Shown piece by piece: positions 63,514 to 64,000 of a DNA stretch of 64,000 nt. The notes beneath the pieces were generated by a model. That model did not search any database, was not told where the DNA came from, and saw nothing but the letters and a program-made list of their open reading frames with translations. The DNA comes from Octopus sinensis (Eukaryota), in NCBI RefSeq assembly GCF_006345805.1, contig NC_043020.1, forward strand, positions 30,690,001-30,754,000, read 5' to 3'. Position numbers and translations under genes: made by a program. Each line of letters starts with the position of its first letter. Position 1 is the first letter of the stretch.

Positions 63514-64000
63514 GTAAAGCTTTGAATGAGATTCGGTGAACAGAAATAATATGAAAGTGTGTCAGTGTGTCACACGACCACATTACCAACCAGACTATTC
63601 AGACGTTGTGCATTGCTGGTCACAGTGTGGTGCCCAGTCGGGGAATTGAACCCACGATCAAATGGTCACTCTAACCTCTAAGTCATACACTTTTACATGA
63701 TGAATGTGTGTGCGTTGTATATTATATCCCTTGACTATCACAGGTGTTATGTTCCAATACCACCCACGACAGGTGGAAATCTGAAAAGTAGAAACAGTAG
63801 TGTATGTTTTTTTTCTATTATTTTTATAATTTGTATAGATTTATTTTATTATAAATGCAAAACAACACCACTCGGGAGGTATCGAGGTAAGCTTAAATGA
63901 TAAACCACAATAAGTGAACGGCAATATGGCGAGGGATTACTGTGTGTGTGTGTGTGTGGTAAGAAGTTTGCTTCCCAACTACATGGTTCTGGGTTCAGTC

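Noticed and set aside
63625-63695. tRNA gene on the minus strand (also ~29366 and ~54140)
   Set aside because: Only A/B-box-like heads followed by SINE bodies; no complete cloverleaf.

Overview
AT-rich, repeat-dense animal genomic DNA. The SINE and RTE repeats look like octopus (coleoid cephalopod) elements; this is recognised from memory, not searched. One host gene is present: a + strand ArfGAP2/3 (Glo3-family) gene, of which 10 internal coding exons (22678-59541; 1569 nt, 523 codons, all GT-AG, phases compatible) can be spliced by hand. The first and last short exons were not found and probably lie outside the window. The rest is intronic or intergenic transposon debris: a decayed Ty3/Gypsy element with both LTRs and a nested hAT MITE, a decayed Helitron and a non-autonomous Helitron, Tc1 and fold-back mariner-type elements, Penelope-like fragments with hammerhead-ribozyme motifs, RTE and Dong/R4 LINE pieces, many SINEs and microsatellites. 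Most interesting: (1) a near-homogeneous 37 x 43-bp array that appears to have grown inside an old TTAA-flanked MITE; (2) a Gypsy element with no obvious tRNA primer site but a perfect 13-bp leader/LTR complement, suggesting self-priming; (3) a type I hammerhead-like motif in an inverted repeat; (4) several long intronic fold-backs that could be dsRNA substrates. There is no CRISPR array and no prokaryotic gene.
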